In this document: positions 32,385 through 41,123 of the stretch, in pieces
How positions within the stretch are numbered: position 1 is the stretch's first letter
How the letters are laid out: each line of letters opens with the position of its first letter
NCBI GenBank assembly: GCA_963674945.2
Contig: CAXXWQ010000003.1
Location: 768,001-832,000, forward strand
DNA: 64,000 nucleotides
Origin: an uncultured Desulfosarcina sp.
GTDB lineage: Bacteria > Desulfobacterota > Desulfobacteria > Desulfobacterales > Desulfosarcinaceae
Reading direction: 5' to 3'
Translations under genes and position numbers: made by a program
The notes under the pieces: generated by a model
The model's input: only the letters and a program-made list of their open reading frames with translations
The model's database searches: none
What the model was told of the DNA's origin: nothing

Positions 32385-33389
32385 ATGAGCATAAAAATCG
32401 GCATCAATGGATTTGGCAGAATCGGTCGCGTCGTATTTCGAGCGGCAATGGGCCACCCGGAGGTCGAAGTCGTTGCCATTAACGATCTGACCGATGCGGC
32501 GACCATGGCGCACCTTTTGAAGTACGATTCCGTCCATAAGCAACTCGATATGGATATTACGGCAAAGGACGGTGCCATCGAAGTCGATGGGAAATCCATT
32601 GCGTATACGGCCATCAAGGATCCGGAAAAATTGGCCTGGAAGGAATACGGCGTCGATATCGCCTGTGAATGCACCGGTCTTTTTCGAAACCGGGAAAGCG
32701 CAACCAAGCACCTGGACGCCGGTGCACGAAAAGTGATCATCTCCGCACCGGCGCAGGATCCGGACATCACCATCGTAATGGGCGTCAATGCCAACAAATA
32801 CGATCCCAAACAGCATCACATCATCTCCAACGCCTCTTGCACAACCAACTGCCTAGCACCGGTGGCAAAGGTGCTTTTGGAGAATTTCGGTATCCAGAGC
32901 GGTTTGATGACGACCATTCATTCGTATACAGGTGACCAGCGCCTTCTGGACTTTCCCCACAAGGATCTTCGTCGTGCCAGGGCCGCCGCATTGTCCATGA
33001 TCCCCACCACCACCGGTGCGGCAAAGGCGGTGTCATTGGTTCTGCCCGAATTGGAAGGGAAATTGAACGGTCTGGCGATCCGCGTACCCACACCCAACGT
33101 CTCCATCGTCGATGTGGTGGTCAACGTGGAAAAAACCGGCGTCACCAATACCGATGTCAACGAAGCATTGAAAGAAGCCTCCGAAGGTTCCCTGTCGGGA
33201 ATTCTGGGGTACAGCGAACTGCCGCTGGTCTCCTCGGATTTCAATGGCTGTCCGTTGTCCTCCATCGTCGATGCACAGACGACCTATGTCGTAGGCAACT
33301 TGGTGAAAGTGCTTTCCTGGTACGATAATGAAAGTGGATACTCCAACCGAATGGTAGACCTGGCCGCCATGATCGGAAAAAATCTGTAG
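32385..33389 (+). CDS. gap: type I glyceraldehyde-3-phosphate dehydrogenase
   Basis: INGFGRIGR, SNASCTTNCLAP, WYDNE. Confidence 0.98.
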   Translation: MSIKIGINGFGRIGRVVFRAAMGHPEVEVVAINDLTDAATMAHLLKYDSVHKQLDMDITAKDGAIEVDGKSIAYTAIKDPEKLAWKEYGVDIACECTGLFRNRESATKHLDAGARKVIISAPAQDPDITIVMGVNANKYDPKQHHIISNASCTTNCLAPVAKVLLENFGIQSGLMTTIHSYTGDQRLLDFPHKDLRRARAAALSMIPTTTGAAKAVSLVLPELEGKLNGLAIRVPTPNVSIVDVVVNVEKTGVTNTDVNEALKEASEGSLSGILGYSELPLVSSDFNGCPLSSIVDAQTTYVVGNLVKVLSWYDNESGYSNRMVDLAAMIGKNL

Positions 33390-33421
33390 AAGCCTTCTAA
33401 CAAAAGGAGAAGATAAAACCC

Positions 33422-34183
33422 ATGAGCAGTCGAATTCCATTGATTGCAGGGAACTGGAAGATGCACAAGACGGGTGCACAGGCCGTCGAAGCGGCCCAAC
33501 GGTTGAAGGCCCTGATCCAGGGCTGTGAGAATGTGGAAGTGATGATTGCCCCAACCTTCACCTCCCTGTACCAGGTGGCCCAAGTCATTAAAGACAGCGC
33601 CATCGGCTTGGGTGCCCAGAATCTGTATTGGGAAAAACAAGGCGCCTTCACCGGTGAGATTTCTTCGGAAATGCTTGTGGACGCGGGTTGCAGCCATGTG
33701 ATCATCGGCCATTCCGAACGCCGGCAGCTATTTGGTGAGACCGATGCAACCGTGAATCTGAAGATCAGGGCCGCCCTTTCGGATCGTCTGACGCCGGTTA
33801 TCTGTATCGGTGAATCGGAAACGGAACGGGATGCCGGGGACACGCTATCTGTACTTGACAAACAGGTTCGAGATGGTCTAAAAGATTTTGTTTCAAGTGA
33901 CCTTACCGGTATCATCGTTGCTTATGAGCCGGTATGGGCCATTGGAACCGGAAAAACGGCGACCCGGGAACAAGCCCAGGAAGCCCATCAGTTCATCCGG
34001 TCCCTGCTTGAGACGCTGTTTGGAAAGCCATTTGCCGAAACCGTTCGCATCCTCTACGGCGGAAGCGTAAAACCGGATAATGTCAAGGCACTCATGGAGA
34101 TGCCGGACGTCGATGGTGCCCTCGTCGGCGGTGCCAGCCTGGATCCCGAAACGTTCAGCAAATTGGTTTTTTTTGATAACTGA
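33422..34183 (+). CDS. tpiA: triosephosphate isomerase
   Basis: AGNWKM, GHSERR, AYEPVWAIGTG, YGGSV. Confidence 0.98.
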   Translation: MSSRIPLIAGNWKMHKTGAQAVEAAQRLKALIQGCENVEVMIAPTFTSLYQVAQVIKDSAIGLGAQNLYWEKQGAFTGEISSEMLVDAGCSHVIIGHSERRQLFGETDATVNLKIRAALSDRLTPVICIGESETERDAGDTLSVLDKQVRDGLKDFVSSDLTGIIVAYEPVWAIGTGKTATREQAQEAHQFIRSLLETLFGKPFAETVRILYGGSVKPDNVKALMEMPDVDGALVGGASLDPETFSKLVFFDN

Positions 34184-34207
34184 TCGATCCGTAAGGAACG
34201 GAGACCG

Positions 34208-34558
34208 ATGTACATATTGCTAATTATCATTCACGTGGTCGTGTGCATTGCCCTGATCATGATCGTTTTGCTGCAATCCGGCAAGGGAGCCGACATGGGT
34301 GCTGCCTTCGGAGGCGGCTCCAGCCAGACCCTTTTCGGCAGTACCGGTGCATCGACCTTTCTGAGCAAGGCAACGACCTTCGCTGCTGTCGTTTTCATGC
34401 TCACCTCGCTTATACTTGCCTATTTGTCCGGTGGCAAAGTCATCAAATCGGTCGTTTCGGACGTTCCTGCACCCGTCGAGCAGCCGGCAGCGACCGATCA
34501 AGAAGTCCCGCCGACTCCGCAGCAACAACAGGAGGATACCCAATCGCAATCAGAGTGA
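34208..34558 (+). CDS. secG: preprotein translocase SecG
   Basis: VLLQSGKGADMGAAFGGG; follows tpiA. Confidence 0.95.
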   Translation: MYILLIIIHVVVCIALIMIVLLQSGKGADMGAAFGGGSSQTLFGSTGASTFLSKATTFAAVVFMLTSLILAYLSGGKVIKSVVSDVPAPVEQPAATDQEVPPTPQQQQEDTQSQSE

Positions 34559-34573
34559 GAACTTCGTTTATAT

Positions 34574-34660
34574 GCCGAGGTGGTGGAATTTGGTAGACAC
34601 GCTATCTTGAGGGGGTAGTGGCCAACGGTCGTGCGGGTTCAAGTCCCGCCCTCGGCACCA
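34574..34660 (+). tRNA. tRNA-Leu (anticodon GAG)
   Basis: acceptor stem GCCGAGG/CCTCGGC, anticodon arm CTATC-TTGAGGG-GGTAG, long variable arm, GGTTCAAGTCC T-arm, encoded CCA; follows secG. Confidence 0.97.
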
Positions 34661-34669
34661 CAGATAAAT

Positions 34670-34710
34670 AAAGGGTTTTGGAAAGAATCATCTTCCAGAA
34701 CCCTTTTTTA
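34670..34710 (+). terminator. intrinsic terminator after tRNA-Leu
   Basis: AAGGGTTTTGGAA...TTCCAGAACCCTT stem running into a T tract. Confidence 0.75.
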
Positions 34711-35045
34711 ATTGGTTTTACAGAGATCGGCATTTGTATTTCCTTGTCTGACAAGGGTTAAAACCCCTATCGTACTTCAACATTAACCGACTCCGGAAAC
34801 GTCTCCGGAAACGGCATTCTCAACCCATTCCGAGAACATTGTTACTCATCCGCCCCAGGACATTCCCGATTAGATCAGTTATCTGCCTTTTAGTATCTCT
34901 GTCTTACCCCAGATTCCCAACATCGAAATTGAATCACATTTAGGTCATCCACGAAGTGTCATGCGATGAGCATTGTATTCCTGCTCATCAATATCCTTGA
35001 GTTTTATAAGAACGGAAAGTATCTATGAAATATTTATATTTATAA

Positions 35046-35098
35046 AGGTCGGTATTCCCATCCGCCTTTCGGCGGACCCAGTGGTTTAGCGGTCACCT
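35046..35098 (+). ncRNA. candidate cation-sensing riboswitch (resembles Na+-I/DUF1646 class)
   Basis: GC-rich structured segment in an AT-rich 5' UTR: AGGT...ACCT closing stem, TCCGCC-TTTC-GGCGGA hairpin, CCAGTGG; about 48 nt upstream of an antiporter gene. Class assignment is from memory. Confidence 0.4.
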
Positions 35099-35145
35099 CA
35101 TTTTTATTCTATAAAGAGCCTTTATTTTTATCATATCTAAGGGTT

Positions 35146-36858
35146 ATGGAAATTCAGATGTTCCCCCTGCTCTTGACCATAGGTGTTCTGTATATTTTCG
35201 CAATCGGCGTTGGCCGCCTGAGCGCCGCTTTGGGAATTCCCCGCGTCACCGGATACCTTTTGGTCGGTCTGGCGACGGGCCCTTATACCGGTGAGATTTT
35301 AGGGTTGCCCGCTATCGTTACAAAGGCACAACTTGCCACACTTTCCCCGCTGCATGATATGATTCTCAGCTTGATTGTATTTACCATCGGCGGCAGCTTC
35401 CGCTTGAAAACCATTCGGAAAATGGGATCGAGGCTATTTCGTCTCAGTGCATTTGAAATCGGTTTGAGCGCACTTCTTGTCTGGTTGGGGACCTTGTTAA
35501 TGGGAGTATCGCCGCTGGAAGCAGGCTTCCTTTCCGTGATGGCGATCACCACTGCTCCGGCCGCCACCCAAATGGTAATGCGCGAATATCAATCGCGGGG
35601 ATCACTGACCGACACCATTCTGCCGCTCATCGGTATCAACAATCTATTGTCGATCATCGCATTCATATTGCTGAAACATTACGGATTATCCACTTCCCCG
35701 TCATTTTGGAAAACGGTGATCCAACTTTTGGGTCCTCTCGGACTGGGTGTCCTTGCTGGAACTTTTATCGCTGTCATGGATCAGCGTTTCACCCGTCAGG
35801 TGGAACGACAAATGCTGGTATTGGGGGCTGTTGCCCTTGCCACCGGTGCAGCTTCGTATTTCCATTTATCAGCTATGCTGAGCGTCCTGGTCGCCGGCGT
35901 CGTTGCCGTGAACACCGCCCCCCACGGCCCGCGAATGCTCGAAGAACTATCGGGAATCGATTATCCATTTTATGTGCTGTTTTTCATCATGGCCGGAGCA
36001 GAACTCCATCTCGAAGCCCTTTTCCACATGGGAGTCATCGGTTTGGTTTATATAGTTGCACGAAGCGCGGGAAAATTCATCGGATGCCGGACAGGGGCCA
36101 GGGCGGCTGGGATGAACATAACCATCAGAAACTGGCTGGGCCCAGCCATGCTGGCACAAGCCGGCCTGGTAATCGGTTTATCCAATGTTTTGGCGACGGA
36201 GTGGCCGGGTCCGGGCAAGACTATACAGACGTTGATCCTGGCGTCGGTGGTGGTGTTCGAGATGGTTGGCCCCCTGCTTACCCGCACTTCGCTGGTCAAT
36301 GCCGGTGAGATAACGGTTCTGAATCTACTAGGTAAGCGCAGTCCGGTAGGCTATGGCGATGGATTGCGGAGTGTCTTCAGCGAATTTGTACGATCCATGG
36401 GCATCTCCCCCATTGCAGGACAGAAGCTGCCTACGGATATCCGGGTGTCTCACATCATGCGCCGCAACGTGGAAGTTTTATCGCATAGGGCGCCTTTTGA
36501 CGAAGTGGTTAAAACCCTTGGTCATTCCGGCTATGATAGCGTACCAGTGGTCAATGACAACAATGAGCTCGTCGGGGTTGTGAAATACGCTGATGTTGCG
36601 GACACCCTTTTCGACCCGTGCTTACACGATATAGTTGTGGCGGCCGAGTTAGCCACTGACAATTTCTTAAAACTAACTCCGGAAGATACCCTCCAAGCGG
36701 CTATACTCAAACTGAAAAATAATCCGCAGGCTACGTTCCTGCTGGTAGTGGCAAAGGATAACCCCTCTATGTTATTGGGTATTGTGAGCCACAACGATAT
36801 ACTAACAGCCAAACTGCATCAGCCCAAGCCGCCAACCACCTGCAATCTGGAAGGCTAA
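35146..36858 (+). CDS. cation:proton antiporter (CPA2/KefB-like) with C-terminal CBS pair
   Basis: many TM helices, PRVTGYLLVG, TAPAAT, QAGLVIGL; CBS-like VSHIMRR and VPVVNDNNELVGVV. Confidence 0.88.
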   Translation: MEIQMFPLLLTIGVLYIFAIGVGRLSAALGIPRVTGYLLVGLATGPYTGEILGLPAIVTKAQLATLSPLHDMILSLIVFTIGGSFRLKTIRKMGSRLFRLSAFEIGLSALLVWLGTLLMGVSPLEAGFLSVMAITTAPAATQMVMREYQSRGSLTDTILPLIGINNLLSIIAFILLKHYGLSTSPSFWKTVIQLLGPLGLGVLAGTFIAVMDQRFTRQVERQMLVLGAVALATGAASYFHLSAMLSVLVAGVVAVNTAPHGPRMLEELSGIDYPFYVLFFIMAGAELHLEALFHMGVIGLVYIVARSAGKFIGCRTGARAAGMNITIRNWLGPAMLAQAGLVIGLSNVLATEWPGPGKTIQTLILASVVVFEMVGPLLTRTSLVNAGEITVLNLLGKRSPVGYGDGLRSVFSEFVRSMGISPIAGQKLPTDIRVSHIMRRNVEVLSHRAPFDEVVKTLGHSGYDSVPVVNDNNELVGVVKYADVADTLFDPCLHDIVVAAELATDNFLKLTPEDTLQAAILKLKNNPQATFLLVVAKDNPSMLLGIVSHNDILTAKLHQPKPPTTCNLEG

Positions 36859-36957
36859 CTTTCGATATACAATCCTTGGGGCATATATGGGATTTACCCT
36901 AAAATTTTACACTCAAATGTTTATCAAAAACGATCACGGTACTATCACAAAGGCCAT

Positions 36958-37347
36958 TCAATGGACCTCACTCCCGGTAACCCGGCGCATGACGTTACCA
37001 ATGATATCCGTTACCAACCTTTTGGTCTTTATATCCTGACTCATTTCATCAAGTAATTCGTTCAGAAATTCAACGTCAGTGGTCCCGTCAATTTCAGTCC
37101 GGTCTTTATTTTCCCTTGGAACTAGAACATCCCTACAATTCAGACTATAAAAAGCATGTATACGTCCCTTCGTTCGAATGATCTTTTGTACCTTTCGAAG
37201 CGCCTCATCGTATTCTTTTCCGGGGCGTATTCCATCCGGGTAACAAACTTCGACTTCGGCAGCCAACATTGAAATAAGGTTTTCGTAAAATTCAGTCCTT
37301 TGCTTTGGATTGAAATCAACCAATTTTTGAATCATGGAGCTATTCAA
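36958..37347 (-). CDS. hypothetical protein, third gene of the par operon
   Basis: 129 aa ORF with AAGGA RBS, 13 bp after the preceding gene. Confidence 0.65.
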   Translation of the reverse strand: MNSSMIQKLVDFNPKQRTEFYENLISMLAAEVEVCYPDGIRPGKEYDEALRKVQKIIRTKGRIHAFYSLNCRDVLVPRENKDRTEIDGTTDVEFLNELLDEMSQDIKTKRLVTDIIGNVMRRVTGSEVH

Positions 37348-37360
37348 CTGTCTGTTCCTT

Positions 37361-37606
37361 TCAGCCGATCAACCTTTTCAACTCATCCCCAATAGCATTC
37401 TCCAAATGTTCCATTATGAAGCTGTGGATACTGTGTGGCGTATTTTCCGCAATGTATTGAAGTTTCATATGGGTCGGTTCGGTCAATCGAAGATTGAATG
37501 ATTTAATGACCCGCTCATCTGCCAATTCCCAAGGCATGTTTGATTTGCCCTGGATAAACCGTTCTTCTGATGAAGAACCCTTTTTTAAGGAGGGAGTTTT
37601 TTTCAT
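37361..37606 (-). CDS. small ParG-like (ribbon-helix-helix) partition/regulatory protein
   Basis: overlaps the parA stop (ATGA); C-terminal KSFNLRLTEPTHMKLQYIA..SIHSFIMEHL has an RHH strand-helix-helix pattern. Confidence 0.7.
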   Translation of the reverse strand: MKKTPSLKKGSSSEERFIQGKSNMPWELADERVIKSFNLRLTEPTHMKLQYIAENTPHSIHSFIMEHLENAIGDELKRLIG

Positions 37607-38238
37607 GAAAAAACCTCATTGTGAAGGGAAAGAATTTCAGTTTTAGCCTTTATGTCATCCATTTCGTAAACAGATAAACCATCCTTTGCCGCCTTTCGAA
37701 ATGCAATTCTATCCCTGATTACAATCGAGGACAGAACCAAGTTCTTGAAATCCTTTAAATATTCTGATGTCTCTGCGATCTCATTTACCTTGGGATGCGT
37801 CGAAGCCAGATTCAGAAACGCAAAAGCTTGAAGTCCATCATTATATATATGTGCCTCCTCCACCATCTGATCGATTTTCTCGACGGTCCACACATCGAAT
37901 TGACTGGGACGGATCGGCATATAAAACTTGTCCGCGGCTAACATCGAAGACCGCAGCTCGACGGAATCCTGGCCACCGGCATCGATAATGATTGTTTGAA
38001 ATTTTAAAGATAGATCGCCAAGCTCTCGATGAATCTTGTTTCCGGTTTTTCGAAGACAGGGAACCCGAGTCAGTTTTTCGTTTTCATCTCGGGTGATTGC
38101 CCAGTAGGTAGCCGTTGCTTGGTTGTCGGTATCCAACAACAAGACGTCCTGGCCTAAAATGGAGTGAACTGCAGCTAAATTTGTTGCGATCGTGGATTTT
38201 CCGGTACCGCCCTTTTCGCCACCGACAAGGATGATCAT
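37603..38238 (-). CDS. parA: short plasmid-type ParA ATPase (type Ib)
   Basis: deviant Walker A KGGTGKST, DTDNQ, IIDAGG, PSQFD. Confidence 0.9.
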   Translation of the reverse strand: MIILVGGEKGGTGKSTIATNLAAVHSILGQDVLLLDTDNQATATYWAITRDENEKLTRVPCLRKTGNKIHRELGDLSLKFQTIIIDAGGQDSVELRSSMLAADKFYMPIRPSQFDVWTVEKIDQMVEEAHIYNDGLQAFAFLNLASTHPKVNEIAETSEYLKDFKNLVLSSIVIRDRIAFRKAAKDGLSVYEMDDIKAKTEILSLHNEVFS

Positions 38239-38346
38239 TCAGTGCCCTTTCATATGGTATGATACCATTTCATTTCGATCTGTATCATTCCAAGGTATTC
38301 GTGTCAACTATTGGAGTTTGTAGGAAAATTTAGTCGGTTAACTCAT
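38209..38346. repeat. 138-bp direct repeat, copy 1 (parA 5' end plus promoter)
   Basis: ungapped alignment to 39633..39770 (offset 1424), roughly 80% identical; both carry the palindrome ATGGTAT-G-ATACCAT. Confidence 0.9.
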
Positions 38347-38382
38347 AAGGATGGTATTGTTAAGCTCGGGTTGCATATGGGG

Positions 38383-39534
38383 CTACACGAGTCCGGCAAA
38401 GAAACGATGGGCGGGACAGACACGGATTCCGTCGCGATCGGTCCGGTCATAACCGTCCCCGAGATACAGTTGAACGGCGTCGGTTTCCGGAAAGCGGGTT
38501 TTAAGGTAGCGCAAAGCGCCGGAAACGGCTTTCTCGCTCTGTTTGCACTCCACGAAAAGGATCGGCCGACCGTTTTCCGTCACCACGAAATCGACTTCGC
38601 GCCGATCCACATCCCTGAAATAACGCAACTCAATGTCACGTGCCTGGATGTCCTGCATAAAAAAGGACCATTTCAGAAGGTGGCAGGCCGTCAGGTTCTC
38701 GAACCGGGGGCCGGAGTTAGGCACAACGCACCAGTCCAGGTGATAATGTTTGGCCTCTTTCTTTACCGCACGGATGTGCGGGGCGCCAAATGGATAAAGC
38801 CTGAATACCATGTAAAGGTTCTCCAGCATGGTGATCCAGCGTGAGACCGTTTGATGGGCCACCTGCATGTCCTCGCGTAGAGCGTTGATGGAAAGCGGGG
38901 AGCCAACCAGGGCGGGGAGCCGCAGCACCATCTCTTCGATTGCGCCCACATCCTGGATGTTCTCAAGGTCCAGCAGGTCTCCTGTGATCACTCGCGTACG
39001 ATAATCCCGGCTCCATCGCCGGGTTTCCATCTCCGATTGCAGCGAGAAGGGTTCGGGGAACCCGCCGTAAGTCATTAGGGCGTCAACCGTCGATGGGGTG
39101 GCTATACCCAGCTCGGCCAGGCTCAAGGGCATCAGGCGGTAAAAGTGATAGCGCCCCTGCAGTGAATCGCCGCCCCTTCGGAAGTGGTCCAGCCGGGCGC
39201 TGCCGGTCACCAGCACCGATATTTCATGTCCGCGCTTGTCGTAAAGTCCTTTTACCACCTGTCGCCAGCGGCGGTATTTGTGGATCTCATCGAGAATCAG
39301 CAGGCCCGGCGCAGTGGGAAACTGTTCCAGAATAATCTGTTCACGGTCCCTGGCGGCGTCCCAGTTCAGGTACCGTTCTTCCACCTGGCAGCTTGTTTTG
39401 TCGCACAAATGCTTGGCCAGCGTGGTTTTGCCGGACTGGCGCGGCCCGCCGATGAAGACCATTTTGCGCTTCAGGTCCTCAATGACCGATGTTTCGATGT
39501 ATCGCTCTATATATCCTTCCATTTTGTACCCCAT
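38383..39534 (-). CDS. AAA ATPase with C-terminal DUF4143/PD-(D/E)xK-like domain
   Basis: GPRQSGKTT, LDEIHK, TGSA, SLQGRY, YGGFPEP, EVDFV..FVECK. Confidence 0.88.
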   Translation of the reverse strand: MGYKMEGYIERYIETSVIEDLKRKMVFIGGPRQSGKTTLAKHLCDKTSCQVEERYLNWDAARDREQIILEQFPTAPGLLILDEIHKYRRWRQVVKGLYDKRGHEISVLVTGSARLDHFRRGGDSLQGRYHFYRLMPLSLAELGIATPSTVDALMTYGGFPEPFSLQSEMETRRWSRDYRTRVITGDLLDLENIQDVGAIEEMVLRLPALVGSPLSINALREDMQVAHQTVSRWITMLENLYMVFRLYPFGAPHIRAVKKEAKHYHLDWCVVPNSGPRFENLTACHLLKWSFFMQDIQARDIELRYFRDVDRREVDFVVTENGRPILFVECKQSEKAVSGALRYLKTRFPETDAVQLYLGDGYDRTDRDGIRVCPAHRFFAGLV

Positions 39535-39632
39535 CTTAAATTACACGCGTGTGTTTTAGGATGGATGTAAATTAACTCGCGGATTTAAGATATGTCAAAT
39601 GATAATTCATCCATTGCTGGATAAGACGGGTT

Positions 39633-39770
39633 GCCCTTTTCACCGCCGATAAGGATGATCATTCAATACCCTTTCATATGGTATGATACCATTCCGATCC
39701 GATTTGTATCATCCGAATCTATTCCGGTCAAATGTTGGAGTTTTTGAGATAATTTAATCGGCCAATTCAT
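39633..39770. repeat. 138-bp direct repeat, copy 2 (parA remnant MIILIGGEKG plus promoter)
   Basis: matches copy 1; similarity to parA stops after codon 10. Confidence 0.9.
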
Positions 39771-40041
39771 GAACTCCATGAACGGGGAAGGTCCTGACAG
39801 TCCGGCTGCATCATTTTTCCTTTGCGTGCTCATAAAGCGATCATATGTGGATAAGTTACTGGCTGTCATGACATAGGGAATATTTGTCGCAACACAAAAC
39901 AGCGTATCCCCTTCTCTCTTTCTTAATGGCGGCTTAGTCAATGGACGAAAGCAATTTGACAAACAGGCGGCTAAATATCAATTTAACCAATATTATCTCG
40001 TCTGATTGTTAAATAACCTAAAAAGATCTGAGTTTAAATAG

Positions 40042-40102
40042 ATTTGACTTATTTGATAGATAAGGCTAATTTTATTGATATCATATCTAACAAACGTCAA
40101 AT
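40042..40102 (+). promoter_or_regulatory. abiE promoter with imperfect inverted repeat (probable AbiEi operator)
   Basis: TTGACT-17bp-TAATTT; arms ATTTGACTTATTTGATAGATA and TATCTAACAAACGTCAAAT. Confidence 0.55.
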
Positions 40103-40113
40103 AGGACCATTCA

Positions 40114-40920
40114 ATGAAAATGGATGAATTCCTGCAGCAACATGCCGTATTTACCACGAAAGAACTGGACCGCTTCCTGTCCGCAAGGGGGTCGGGCAAT
40201 CCTAATACCCGCGGGTCGCTGCTGACCTACTATCGTAAAAAGGGGCGCATCATACCGATCCGACGGGGCCTGTATGCAACGGTGCGGATAGGCAGCGATC
40301 CGGCATCGAGCCCAGTGGACCCCTACTTGGTGGCTGCCAAGCTGACCCTGGACGCTGTGCTCGCTTACCATTCTGCCCTGGAGTTTCACGGCAAGGCGTA
40401 CTCGGTTCACACAAGTCTGTACTATATATCAGCGACCAAATCCACGCCGCTGACCTTCCAGGGCCATGAATTCGTGCGTGCTCCGGTGCCTCTGGCCTTG
40501 CAGGCCAAGGGCGAGGAGATGTTCGGCGTTATCCAGCGCAACCGTTCCGGTGTGAACCTGCGCATCACCAACCTTGAAAGAACCTTGGTGGACGTTCTGG
40601 ACCGACCAGACTTGAGCGGCAGTTGGGAAGAGATATGGCGGTCCTTGGAATCAATAGAATTCTTCGACATAGATCAGGTCATCGCCTATGTCCTTTTTCT
40701 TGAGAATGCAACCACGGCCGCCAAGGTGGGGTTCTTTTTGGACCAGCATAGAGAGGTATTAATGGTTGAGGATGTTCACCTGGAAACTTTGCGAAGGTTA
40801 CGTCCACGTCAACCCCACTATTTTGTGCGTGGCAAACGCAATGATTGCCGGTTGGTCGGGGACTGGAACCTGATGATCCCGGTGGAGATACTGAACAGAT
40901 CCTGGGAGGAGGTGCTGTGA
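40114..40920 (+). CDS. abiEi: type IV TA antitoxin / transcriptional regulator AbiEi
   Basis: IRRGLY, AYHSALEFHG, LERTLVDVLDRP; stop overlaps the toxin start (GTGA). Confidence 0.85.
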   Translation: MKMDEFLQQHAVFTTKELDRFLSARGSGNPNTRGSLLTYYRKKGRIIPIRRGLYATVRIGSDPASSPVDPYLVAAKLTLDAVLAYHSALEFHGKAYSVHTSLYYISATKSTPLTFQGHEFVRAPVPLALQAKGEEMFGVIQRNRSGVNLRITNLERTLVDVLDRPDLSGSWEEIWRSLESIEFFDIDQVIAYVLFLENATTAAKVGFFLDQHREVLMVEDVHLETLRRLRPRQPHYFVRGKRNDCRLVGDWNLMIPVEILNRSWEEVL

Positions 40921-41123
40921 TCTTCTCGCCAGAAGAAGTTTTGCCCATCGCAGAGTCCACCGGATTCCGGGCGGAGATGATCGAAAAAGTGCTCCACCTG
41001 CTCAATCTTCTGGATAAATTAAACCTTCACCCGATATTAAAAGGCAATTGGGTTTTGAAGGGAGGCACGGCCTTAAACCTTTTTTTGTTCAATCTTCCCC
41101 GCTTATCGGTGGACATCTTTGAA
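40917..41123 (+). pseudogene. abiEii: truncated AbiEii nucleotidyltransferase toxin (about 67 codons), reading on into the CRISPR array to a stop at 41357
   Basis: IEKV, LKGGTALNLF..PRLSVDI; family similarity ends before the second Asp of the DxD motif. Confidence 0.85.
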
